Part shown: positions 40,226 through 48,877 of the stretch, piece after piece
Layout: each line of letters begins with the position of its first letter
Numbering within the stretch: the stretch's first letter is position 1
NCBI GenBank assembly: GCA_031179215.1
Contig: JAPSIA010000001.1
Span: 15,829-79,828, forward strand
Direction of reading: 5' to 3'
Origin: Agrococcus sp.
GTDB lineage: Bacteria > Actinomycetota > Actinomycetes > Actinomycetales > Microbacteriaceae
DNA: 64,000 bases
Program-made: the position numbers and the translations under genes
Notes under the pieces: generated by a model
Databases searched by the model: none
What the model saw: the letters and a program-made list of their open reading frames with translations, nothing else
Told to the model about the DNA's origin: nothing

Positions 40226-40254
40226 GCGTTCGGCGCACCGGGTCAGGGGCGAGG

Positions 40255-41001
40255 TCAGCGCTCGAGCAGCGGCAGCGCGAGGTCGCAGCGGTCGGTGACG
40301 ATGCCGTCGACGCCGAGCTCGAGGAGCTCCCGCATCTCGGCGGTCTCGTTGATCGTCCACACGTGCACCTCGACGCCCGCGCGCTGGAAGGCGGCGACGC
40401 TGCGGCGCGTGACGATCTCGACGCCCTTGTGCCGGCGCGGCACCTGCAGCGCGACGACGGGTTCGAGGATGCGCCGCAGCAGGCGGTGCGCGCCGAAGCG
40501 CTGCGCGGCGAGGGCGCGCACGACGATCGCCTGCGACGCGCTCGTCGCCACGTCGGGCAGCAGCTGCTGCGCCTGCTTGCGGCGCCGTTCCGAGAAGGAG
40601 GTGAGCAGCACGCGGTCGACCGCCTTCGCCTCGACGACCGCGCGCACCGCGGGGATCACCGCGGCATCCGACTTCAGGTCGATGTTCCACCTCGCGTCCG
40701 GCAGCGCGAGCAGCGCCTCCCGCAGCCCGGGCACGCGCTCGCCCTGGCCGAGGTCGACCTCGCCGAGGTCGCGCCACAGCGTCTCCTCGACCGCGACGTC
40801 CTGACCGGCGACGCGCTCGAGGCTCGCGTCGTGCGCGAGCACCGCGACGCCGTCCGCCGTGGCGCGCACGTCGGTCTCCAGAAAGGTCGCGCCCGCGTCG
40901 ACGGCCGCGATGAACGCCATCATCGAGTTCTCGGGCGCGGCCACGGCGAGCCCCCGGTGTGCGAGCACGCGCGGGGGCGCCGGCGTCAGGAACCGGCTCA
41001 C
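40255..41001 (-). CDS. Glycerophosphodiester phosphodiesterase
   Basis: AHRG, PENS, ETDV, HD, WTIN, GVDGIVTD. Confidence 0.9.
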   Translation of the reverse strand: MSRFLTPAPPRVLAHRGLAVAAPENSMMAFIAAVDAGATFLETDVRATADGVAVLAHDASLERVAGQDVAVEETLWRDLGEVDLGQGERVPGLREALLALPDARWNIDLKSDAAVIPAVRAVVEAKAVDRVLLTSFSERRRKQAQQLLPDVATSASQAIVVRALAAQRFGAHRLLRRILEPVVALQVPRRHKGVEIVTRRSVAAFQRAGVEVHVWTINETAEMRELLELGVDGIVTDRCDLALPLLER

Positions 41002-42269
41002 GCCTGCGGCGGCCTGCTGTCGTCGGAGGCGTCGCCACGGGCGTCCGACGCGGCGGTCCCGTCGGGCTCTGCGCGCGGCACGTCGGCGGCGACGTCGCGC
41101 GCGGTCTCGAGCGCGTCGTCGTAGTCGGCGCTCGGCGTCTCGTCGGCGAGCGAGGTCGTCGACGAGACCGTGTCGGTCTCACCGGCGCCCTGCGGGTCGA
41201 TGCCGCTCGCCTGCAGGGTCTCGGCGATCGAGGGCACCTCGACGTCGGAGACCGAGTCGGCCTGGAACGTCTCGTCCAGGATCGACGGTCCCGTCTCATC
41301 CGCGCGCTTGGCCTTCGCCTTCTGCGCCGGCACCTCCGCGCGGCCCTCGAAGAAGCCGCGGCCGACGCTCTGCAGCGCATCCGTGAGCTCCGAGGGGATG
41401 ATCCACAGCTTGTTGGCGTCGCCCTCGGCGAGCTTCGGCAGCGTCTGCAGGTACTGGTAGGCGAGCAGCTTGTCGTCGGCGTCACCCTCGTGGATCGCGG
41501 CGAAGACGCGCTCGATCGCCTCCGACTCACCCTTGGCGAGCAGCACCTGCGCCTCGGCGTCACCCTTGGCGCGCAGCACCTGGGCCTTCGCCTGGCCCTC
41601 GGCTCGGAGGATCTCGGACTGGCGCAGACCCTCGGCCTCGAGGATCTGCGACTGCTTCGAGCCCTCGGCGGTGAGGATGGCGGCGCGGCGGTCCCGCTCG
41701 GCGCGCATCTGCTTCTCCATCGAGTCCTGGATCGAGTGGGGCGGGTCGATCGCCTTCAGCTCGACGCGGCTGACCCGCAGCCCCCACTTGCCGGTGGCCT
41801 GGTCGAGCACCTGGCGCAGCTGGCCGTTGATCGTGTCGCGGCTCGTGAGCGCCTCCTCGAGGTTCATGCCGCCGACGACGTTGCGGAGCGTCGTGGTGGT
41901 GAGCTGCTCGACGGCCGAGAGGTAGTCGGCGATCTCGTACGTCGCGGCGCGCGCGTCGGTCACCTGGAAGTAGACCACTGTGTCGATCGAGACGACGAGG
42001 TTGTCCTCGGTGATGACCGGCTGCGGCGGGAACGAGCGCACCTGCTCGCGCATGTCGACGTGGTACGCGACGCGGTCGATGAACGGCACGAGGAAGTTGA
42101 GGCCGGGCTGCAGCACCTTGTGGAAGCGGCCGAGCCGCTCGACCACGCCCGTGAATCCCTGCTTGATGATCCGGATCGACCTGAAGAGCGTGACGAGCAC
42201 GAACAGGACGACGAGGATCACGACGACGAGCAGGAAGGCTCCGAGGATGAATCCTCCGTCGATCGGCAT
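40998..42269 (-). CDS. SPFH/band 7 (stomatin-like) protein
   Basis: VVERLG, VITEDN, TTLRNVVG, QMRAERDRRA; acidic low-complexity tail; GAAGGAG RBS. Confidence 0.92.
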   Translation of the reverse strand: MPIDGGFILGAFLLVVVILVVLFVLVTLFRSIRIIKQGFTGVVERLGRFHKVLQPGLNFLVPFIDRVAYHVDMREQVRSFPPQPVITEDNLVVSIDTVVYFQVTDARAATYEIADYLSAVEQLTTTTLRNVVGGMNLEEALTSRDTINGQLRQVLDQATGKWGLRVSRVELKAIDPPHSIQDSMEKQMRAERDRRAAILTAEGSKQSQILEAEGLRQSEILRAEGQAKAQVLRAKGDAEAQVLLAKGESEAIERVFAAIHEGDADDKLLAYQYLQTLPKLAEGDANKLWIIPSELTDALQSVGRGFFEGRAEVPAQKAKAKRADETGPSILDETFQADSVSDVEVPSIAETLQASGIDPQGAGETDTVSSTTSLADETPSADYDDALETARDVAADVPRAEPDGTAASDARGDASDDSRPPQA

Positions 42270-42285
42270 GAGTGTGCTCCTTCGG

Positions 42286-42744
42286 TTATCGCTGTGCGGG
42301 GACGACGATCGCCGTCGCCCCCTCGATGGCGGTGACGACGATGCGCTCGCCGACGTCGGGGTCTCGCGGCTGCACCGCGGGGGAGAGGCGCGCCGTCCAG
42401 ACGTCGCCGTTGGCGAGGGTGACCTCGCCCGCGCCGCGCTCGAACGAGCGCGTGACCTCGCCTCCCATGCCCAGCAGCGCTTCGATGCCCTGCTTGTTGA
42501 CCTCGCCGGAGTCATGCAGGCGCTGCAGGAGCTTCGGCCGCACGAGCAGGAGCAGCAGCAGCGCTGCCGCCGCCGCGATGAGCACCTGCGCCCACCAGGG
42601 CATGCCCGTGATGCTCGAGACGAGGCCGGCGATGGACGACAGGCCGATCATGAGGAACGTGAACTCGAGCGTGACCATCTCGATGATGAAGCAGATGAGC
42701 GCGACGACGAGCCAGGCGATCCAGGCGTATTCGACGAGGTCCAC
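42286..42744 (-). CDS. NfeD family protein
   Basis: N-terminal TM helices plus OB fold (G.V...G.VWTAR, V..IEGA); upstream of SPFH. Confidence 0.85.
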   Translation of the reverse strand: MDLVEYAWIAWLVVALICFIIEMVTLEFTFLMIGLSSIAGLVSSITGMPWWAQVLIAAAAALLLLLLVRPKLLQRLHDSGEVNKQGIEALLGMGGEVTRSFERGAGEVTLANGDVWTARLSPAVQPRDPDVGERIVVTAIEGATAIVVPAQR

Positions 42745-42867
42745 GAGCCCAGCATATGGAGCGGAGGCCGTGGTGGGGCACCGTTGCGCGATCTTGGCCG
42801 CGCGGGCCCGTCGGGCGGCGACGGGAGCGCCGCGCCCAGTAGGGTCATCGGGAACGAAGGAGCACTC

Positions 42868-43659
42868 GTGTCGGATACCTCCCCCGCAGCCCTCGCGCCC
42901 GGTTCGCTGACCGGCCGCACCGCACTCGTCACCGGCTCGAGCCGTGGCATCGGCGCCGCGACGGTGGCGCTGCTCGCCGGGGCGGGCGCGAACGTCGTCG
43001 TCAACTACCGCGCGAAGGCGCCGCGCGCCGAGAAGGTCGTGGCCGCCGCCCAGGAGCAGGGCGTCGAGGCGATCGCCGTGCAGGCCGACCTCACGGATCC
43101 CGCGAGCCTCGCGAGCATGTTCGACGCGGCGCGGTCGCGCTTCGGCGGCCTCGACATCCTCGTCATGAACGCCTCCGGCGGCATGGAGAGCGGCATGGGC
43201 GAGGACTACGCGATGCGCCTCAACCGCGACGCGCAGGTCGCGCTGCTCGAAGCGGCGCTGCCGGTGCTCAACGAGGGTGCCCGCGTCGTGTTCGTCACGA
43301 GCCACCAGGCCCACTTCATCCGCTCGACGCCGACCATGCCGGAGTACGAGCCCGTCGCGCTCTCGAAGCGTGCCGGCGAGGACGCGCTGCGCGAGCGCAT
43401 CCCCGCGCTCGCCGAGCGCGGGATCGAGCTCGTCGTCGTCTCCGGCGACATGATCGAGGGCACGATCACCGCGACGCTGCTCGAGCGCGCCAACCCCGGC
43501 GCGATCGCGAGCCGCCGCGAGGACGCGGGCCGGCTCTACAACGTCGAGGAGTTCGCGCGCGAAGTGGCGCTGGCCGCCGTCGAGCCCGTGCCTGCCGACC
43601 ACACGCGCCTCGTCGGCGACGTGCGCGGCTTCGGCGAGGCCGAGGGGACGGTCGCCTGA
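42868..43659 (+). CDS. SDR family oxidoreductase with Y-x6-K motif (candidate enoyl-ACP reductase)
   Basis: TGSSRGIG, VVNY, NASGG, YEPVALSK; GAAGGAG RBS before GTG. Confidence 0.8.
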   Translation: MSDTSPAALAPGSLTGRTALVTGSSRGIGAATVALLAGAGANVVVNYRAKAPRAEKVVAAAQEQGVEAIAVQADLTDPASLASMFDAARSRFGGLDILVMNASGGMESGMGEDYAMRLNRDAQVALLEAALPVLNEGARVVFVTSHQAHFIRSTPTMPEYEPVALSKRAGEDALRERIPALAERGIELVVVSGDMIEGTITATLLERANPGAIASRREDAGRLYNVEEFAREVALAAVEPVPADHTRLVGDVRGFGEAEGTVA

Positions 43660-45659
43660 TGCGCGCGGAGGACATCGAGCGGCTCGTCTCCCTCTCCCGT
43701 CCCGCCGTCGACCCGCGCGGCGAGTGGGCCATCGTGGCGACCTCGCGGCCGAGCCTGCGGGCGAACCGCACCGTCGGCCAGCTCTGGAAGGTGTCGCTGC
43801 AGGACGGCGCTCGCCGGCGCCTCACGCGCGGCACGGAGGACCGGGCGCCGCAGCTGACCCCGGACGGCTCGAGCGTGCTGTTCGTGCGGCCCGACGCGGC
43901 AGGCAAGCCCCAGGTGTGGGCGATGCGCGTCGACGGCGGTGAGCCCGTCCAGGCGACCGCGCAGGCGGGCGGCGTGCTCGACTTCGCGGTCTCGCCCCGC
44001 GGCGACCGCATCGCGTTCACCTCCGTCGTCTCCGAGCCGGGCCGCTACGGCACCGTGGACGGGCTCGGTCCCGAGCAGGAGTCGCCGCGCCTCATCACGC
44101 GCAACCGCAACCTCGCGAACGGCATCGGCAGCCTCGTCGGCCGGCACGTGCACCTCTTCGCGGCGCCGCTGCCGGACCTCGACGCGGAGCCCCGCTACGA
44201 CCGCGCCCCGCACCCGCACGACGACGAGTCGACGAAGGACGATGCTCCCTCTGCGCCGGCTGCCATCCAGCTGACCCACGGGGAGTTCGATCACGAGGCG
44301 CCCACGTTCTCCCTCGACGGCGAGCGCGTGCTGTGCGTCACCGCCCGGCACGACACGCGCGACGACGACCTGCTCTCCGCCGTCGTCGAGCTCGACGTGC
44401 ACGTCGCCGAGGGCGAGCCGCACATCGTGCTCTCGTCGCGCGCGGGCCTGAGCATCTCGGAGGTGCGGCCCACGCCCGACGGCGGGTACGTGCTGCTCGC
44501 GAGCAAGCTCGGCGACTCGGGCCGCGACTTCGTCGCGCGCAACGAGCAGCTGTTCGTGCTCGAGCGGGCGGGCGCGCACCCCGAGGAGGTCACCGACGAG
44601 GCATCGGTCGACCTCGGCGGCGGCCACTCGACGGTCGTCGAGGACGGCGTGCTCGTGCAGGAGCAGCGGCGCGGCCGCGTGCGCCTCGTGCACGTCACGG
44701 GCGCCGGCTCGCGCGAGCTCATCGGCGGCGACCTCGAGGTGCTCGGCCACGGCGTCGGCGAGGGCGTCACGGTCGCGAGCGTGCGCACGCCGACCTCGAT
44801 GGGCGAGCTCGCGGTGCTCGACGAGCGCGGCCTGACGGTGCTGACCGACTTCGGCGCGCCGCTGACCGAGGCGGGCATCGTCGTGCCCGTCGAGCACGAG
44901 CTGCCCGCGCGCGACGGCGCTCGCGTGCACGGCTGGGTGTGGCTGCCGGAGGGGGAGGGGCCGCACCCCGTGCTCCTCAACATCCACGGCGGGCCGTTCG
45001 CGCAGTACACCGTGGGCGTCTTCGACGAGGCGCAGGTCGCGGTGGCGGCCGGCTACGCCGTCGTGCAGTGCAACCCGCGCGGCTCCGCCGGCTACGGCCG
45101 CGAGCACGGGCTCGCGATCAAGGAGGCGATGGGCACGGTCGACATGCACGACGTCCTCGACTTCCTCGACGGAGCGCTCGACGCGCATCCGCAGCTCGAC
45201 CGGGAGCGCCTGGGCATCATGGGCGGTTCCTACGGCGGCTACCTCACGGCGTGGACCACCGCGCACGACCACCGCTTCGCGGCGGCGGTCGTCGAGCGCG
45301 GCTTCCTCGACCCGGTGTCGTTCATCGGCACGAGCGACATCGGCTGGTTCTTCTCCGAGGCGTACACGGGCACCGACCCCGAGGCGGTGCGCGCGCAGTC
45401 GCCCATGGCGCACGTCGACCGGGTCACGACCCCGACGCTCGTCGTGCACTCCGAGCAGGACTGGCGCTGCCCGCCGGAGCAGGCGCAGCGCTACTGGGCG
45501 GCGCTCAAGCGCAACGGCGTCGAGACGGCGCTGCTGCTGTTCCCGGGCGAGGACCACGAGCTCACGCGCGCGGGGCAGCCGAGGCACCGCGTCGAGCGCT
45601 TCGAGCACATCCTCGCGTGGTGGGCCAAGCACCTCCCGACGCCCCAGAACCACCAGTAG
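43659..45659 (+). CDS. S9 family (prolyl oligopeptidase/acylaminoacyl) peptidase
   Basis: Beta-propeller N-terminus; IHGGP, NPRGS.GYG, GGSYGG, D.RCP, EDH. Confidence 0.92.
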   Translation: MRAEDIERLVSLSRPAVDPRGEWAIVATSRPSLRANRTVGQLWKVSLQDGARRRLTRGTEDRAPQLTPDGSSVLFVRPDAAGKPQVWAMRVDGGEPVQATAQAGGVLDFAVSPRGDRIAFTSVVSEPGRYGTVDGLGPEQESPRLITRNRNLANGIGSLVGRHVHLFAAPLPDLDAEPRYDRAPHPHDDESTKDDAPSAPAAIQLTHGEFDHEAPTFSLDGERVLCVTARHDTRDDDLLSAVVELDVHVAEGEPHIVLSSRAGLSISEVRPTPDGGYVLLASKLGDSGRDFVARNEQLFVLERAGAHPEEVTDEASVDLGGGHSTVVEDGVLVQEQRRGRVRLVHVTGAGSRELIGGDLEVLGHGVGEGVTVASVRTPTSMGELAVLDERGLTVLTDFGAPLTEAGIVVPVEHELPARDGARVHGWVWLPEGEGPHPVLLNIHGGPFAQYTVGVFDEAQVAVAAGYAVVQCNPRGSAGYGREHGLAIKEAMGTVDMHDVLDFLDGALDAHPQLDRERLGIMGGSYGGYLTAWTTAHDHRFAAAVVERGFLDPVSFIGTSDIGWFFSEAYTGTDPEAVRAQSPMAHVDRVTTPTLVVHSEQDWRCPPEQAQRYWAALKRNGVETALLLFPGEDHELTRAGQPRHRVERFEHILAWWAKHLPTPQNHQ

Positions 45660-45666
45660 GCGAGCA

Positions 45667-45701
45667 CTCGAGCGGCGGCGCTCCCAGCGCCGCCGCTCGA
45701 G
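45667..45701. terminator. Perfect 16-bp hairpin between convergent genes
   Basis: CTCGAGCGGCGGCGCT-ccc-AGCGCCGCCGCTCGAG. Confidence 0.72.
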
Positions 45702-45704
45702 GCG

Positions 45705-46763
45705 TCACGTCATCAGCCCGCTCGCCTCGTCGACCGCGCGCACGACGCGATCGCGGCCGGCCTGGTCGATGAGCCCGAGCTCGTGCACGATGCGCGCGGC
45801 GTCGTCGTACGAGCGGTGGAAGCGCACGCCCGTCGCCTCGAAACCGTCCCGCTCGGGTCCCGTCACCGGCACGACCTCGTGGATGAGGACCGCGACGACG
45901 AACTCGGGCCCGCGACGCAGCATCTCGGCGCCGACGTGCGCGTCGGCCTGCCCGCTGTCGCCGAGGAACATGAAGCGGCACTCGGGGAACAGCGCGCGCT
46001 CGCGCTCGAAGTTCTGCAGCTTGCGCGCCTTGATCGACTGCTTGGTGAACAGGTTGAGCACGGAGCCGCCCAGCACCGAGTGCGGAGGCAGCCGCAGCCC
46101 GGCGAGCGCATCGCGCGTGTACTGCTCGACGAGCCCCTTGGGACCCTCGGGCCGCGCGGTGACGAACGTGAGGTCGCCGGGCCTCGAGGGCTCGGCGGCA
46201 TGGCCCTGGTCGAGGGCGTGGAGCAGCTCCACGACGCCCGGGTAGACCGTGCCTCGCGGGTAGCGGTCGTCGTGGAGCATCGACTTGAGGGTGTCGTCGA
46301 TGTCGCACAGGATGCGCAGGTCGCGCGACGGCGCGGCGGCCGCCTCTGCCGCGATGTGCGCGAGCACCGCCTCGCGGTCGGCGAGCGTGAGCCGCTCGTA
46401 GACGACGTGCTCGAGGTCGTGCCGGTCGCCCGTCGCGTTCAGCAGGTACTTCATGTCGCGGAACGGCTCGCCCGAGAGCGAGAGCAGGAGCGAGCGGATG
46501 CCGGCGGAGGTCTCGGTGGTCCTCGGCAGGAGCCGCAGCGCGTGCACGACGCGGGCCCGCATCGCCGGGCTCAGCTCGCTCGCGCGCTCGATGCACAGCA
46601 GTCGCACGAGCTCGCGACGCTCGTCCAGCCGGAAGAGGCCGGTCAGGAGGTTCCCGCCGATCGCCCGGACGGCTCGCTCGACGTCGAGCCCCTCGAGCGC
46701 GTGCTCGAGCTCGCCGTCCCGAGCGGCGCGCAGTCGTCGCAGTGCATCGTTCATGTGAGTCAT
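45705..46763 (-). CDS. App1-like (DUF2183) phosphatidate phosphatase, HAD fold, with helical N-terminal extension
   Basis: ILCDIDDT (DxDxT), YPGV, FVTARP, K, FLGDSGQAD; ATGA overlap with the upstream kinase. Confidence 0.75.
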   Translation of the reverse strand: MTHMNDALRRLRAARDGELEHALEGLDVERAVRAIGGNLLTGLFRLDERRELVRLLCIERASELSPAMRARVVHALRLLPRTTETSAGIRSLLLSLSGEPFRDMKYLLNATGDRHDLEHVVYERLTLADREAVLAHIAAEAAAAPSRDLRILCDIDDTLKSMLHDDRYPRGTVYPGVVELLHALDQGHAAEPSRPGDLTFVTARPEGPKGLVEQYTRDALAGLRLPPHSVLGGSVLNLFTKQSIKARKLQNFERERALFPECRFMFLGDSGQADAHVGAEMLRRGPEFVVAVLIHEVVPVTGPERDGFEATGVRFHRSYDDAARIVHELGLIDQAGRDRVVRAVDEASGLMT

Positions 46764-47665
46764 CCTCGCATCCTGACCTGGAGAGCTCCCGGATCGAGGC
46801 GCGCCTCGAGCCGCAGCGCCCGCCCGGCCGCATCGCCGTCGATCTGCACGGGCAGGAGCTCGTCGACGCCCGCGAGCACGACGCGCTCGGCGATGCGACG
46901 ACGCAGGATGCCCTCGGCGCGCGCGACGCCGGCGCCCGCCGCCGCGATGCGCCCCCAGTGCCCCAAGTGCCGGGGGCTGACGGCCGCGACGTGGAGCAGC
47001 CCGTCGTCGAGGCGCGCGTCGGGCAGCACGCGGAACCCCGCCGGGATCCGAGCGGCGTTGTGCACGAGCACGCTCCACGCGTGCACCGACTCCGCGGGGC
47101 CGCCGTCGAAGGAGCCCCGGACGGCGAAGCTCGGACTGCCGAGCCTGCGAAGGCCCAGCGCGATGTAGGAGGCCCACCCGAGCCTGCGCTTGTCGCGCAG
47201 CGACGCCGCCTCGACCGCGAGGGCGTCGTTGCCGACCCCCGTGACGACGAGGAAGGCGCGCTCGGGCTCCCGCTCACCGTCGCCGCGCGTGAGCGCGACG
47301 CGGCCGAGGTCGACCGGTGCGACGCGACCGCCGACGGCGCCGCGAGCCGCCGCGACCGCCCGCAGCGGCAGCTCGAGGTTCCGCGCGAAGAGGTTGGCCG
47401 TGCCGGTGGGCACGACGCCGAGGGGCACCGGGCCGTGGGCGAGCACCGCCGCGACGTCGCGCACGGTGCCGTCACCGCCGATCGCGACCACGGCATCCGC
47501 GCCGGAGGCCAGGGCGGCTCGTGCTTGCGGCGCACCGGTCTCCGCGACCGTCGTCTCGAGCACGCGCGCATCGGCGCCGACGGTGGCGGCCTCGCGCAGC
47601 ACGGCGTCCACGGCGCGCGCGTAGCCGCGAGCGACGGGGTTGGCGATCACGGCGATGGCGGCCAC
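46760..47665 (-). CDS. Diacylglycerol/lipid kinase family protein
   Basis: IANP, GGDGT, PTGTANLFA, G.D, LG..SY, DDG.L, QIDGD. Confidence 0.88.
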   Translation of the reverse strand: MAAIAVIANPVARGYARAVDAVLREAATVGADARVLETTVAETGAPQARAALASGADAVVAIGGDGTVRDVAAVLAHGPVPLGVVPTGTANLFARNLELPLRAVAAARGAVGGRVAPVDLGRVALTRGDGEREPERAFLVVTGVGNDALAVEAASLRDKRRLGWASYIALGLRRLGSPSFAVRGSFDGGPAESVHAWSVLVHNAARIPAGFRVLPDARLDDGLLHVAAVSPRHLGHWGRIAAAGAGVARAEGILRRRIAERVVLAGVDELLPVQIDGDAAGRALRLEARLDPGALQVRMRG

Positions 47666-47695
47666 GCGGGCCAGGCTATCCTCGGCGCCTGGCCA

Positions 47696-48805
47696 TCAGG
47701 GCAGTGCCGGGCGCAGCGCGAGGAAGGCCGCCAGTCGCGCGATCTCGTCGTGCACGCCCTCGCGCAGCCGCGCGCTCGGCTCCTCGTCCCAGTGGATGCC
47801 GGCGACGCGCAGCATGCCCGCGGCGCGATCCGCCCGCGCGTCGACCTTGCCGACGAGCGCGTCGCCGTCGAGGATCGGCAGCGCGAACGCGCCCCACTTG
47901 CGCTTCGCGGCGGGGGTGTACTGCTCGAGCGCGTACTCGAAGCCCCACAGCTGCCGCATCCGAGTGCGGTCGGCGATGAGCCGGTCGAGCGGCGAGAGCA
48001 GCGCCACGCGACCGGCGAAGCCCTCACCGGTAGCTCCCGGGTCGAGCCGCCACGCACCGCGCACGCCCTCGACGCGCACGGGCTCGCCCGCGTCGCCCAC
48101 GTGCGTCGGCCGCGCGATGCCGCACGATCGCAGCCAGCGCGAGCGCCACTCGCGCTCCGCCTCCACGACCGGCACGACCGCGACCGACGGCAGCACGCGC
48201 TCCGCGAGGTCCCACACGCGCGCGCTGCCGCGCCGCTCGGCGACGACGACCTCGCCCCGGATCTGCAGCAGCTCGAGCATCATCGCGACGTTGCGGTCGG
48301 TGTTCCAGCCGCTCGAGCGGAAGGGCACGTCGGCCGCGTCGTCGACCTCCGCCTGGGGGAGCGGCCCCTCCTCGCGCAGCTGCTCGAGCACGCGCGCGCG
48401 GAAGCCCGCGTTGGCCTCGAGCCACTCGCGCGCCGACGCGTGGAGCGCATCCGGCGCGCGGCCGAGCGCGGTGAGCCACGGCAGGTCGCTCGTGGCGCGC
48501 AGCCCGATCGCCCAGGCCTCCATCGGGTGCCGGTGCGGGCCCAGGTGCTCGACGAGCCGCAGCTCGACCTCGACGGCGCGTCGCACGTCGTCGTAGTCGA
48601 GCGAGGGGATGCGCGTGTGGGCGATGTGCTCGGCCGAGGGGCACACGATGTCGGTCGGGTTGAGCGGCAGGAGCGTGAGCCGCTCGACCACGTCGGGCAG
48701 GTCGTGGTCGCCCCGCGCCTGGCTGCCGGCGTCGAGCAGCTGCGCGCGCACGGCGATGCGCCGGGCCTCGTCGACCGTGATCGTGCGCAGGGCGCTCGTC
48801 GCCAT
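47696..48805 (-). CDS. AlkZ/YcaQ-like (HTH_42) DNA glycosylase family protein
   Basis: EARRIAVRAQLL, R.WDLAERV, LLSPLD, Y.LEQY.P..KR.WG...LPIL.GD.LVG..D. Confidence 0.8.
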   Translation of the reverse strand: MATSALRTITVDEARRIAVRAQLLDAGSQARGDHDLPDVVERLTLLPLNPTDIVCPSAEHIAHTRIPSLDYDDVRRAVEVELRLVEHLGPHRHPMEAWAIGLRATSDLPWLTALGRAPDALHASAREWLEANAGFRARVLEQLREEGPLPQAEVDDAADVPFRSSGWNTDRNVAMMLELLQIRGEVVVAERRGSARVWDLAERVLPSVAVVPVVEAEREWRSRWLRSCGIARPTHVGDAGEPVRVEGVRGAWRLDPGATGEGFAGRVALLSPLDRLIADRTRMRQLWGFEYALEQYTPAAKRKWGAFALPILDGDALVGKVDARADRAAGMLRVAGIHWDEEPSARLREGVHDEIARLAAFLALRPALP

Positions 48806-48877
48806 GCCGCGATGCTACGCGGCGCGGCAAGTCGTCGGCGGGCGCGCGCGGCACCCGGGCGATGGCAGGATGGGCAC

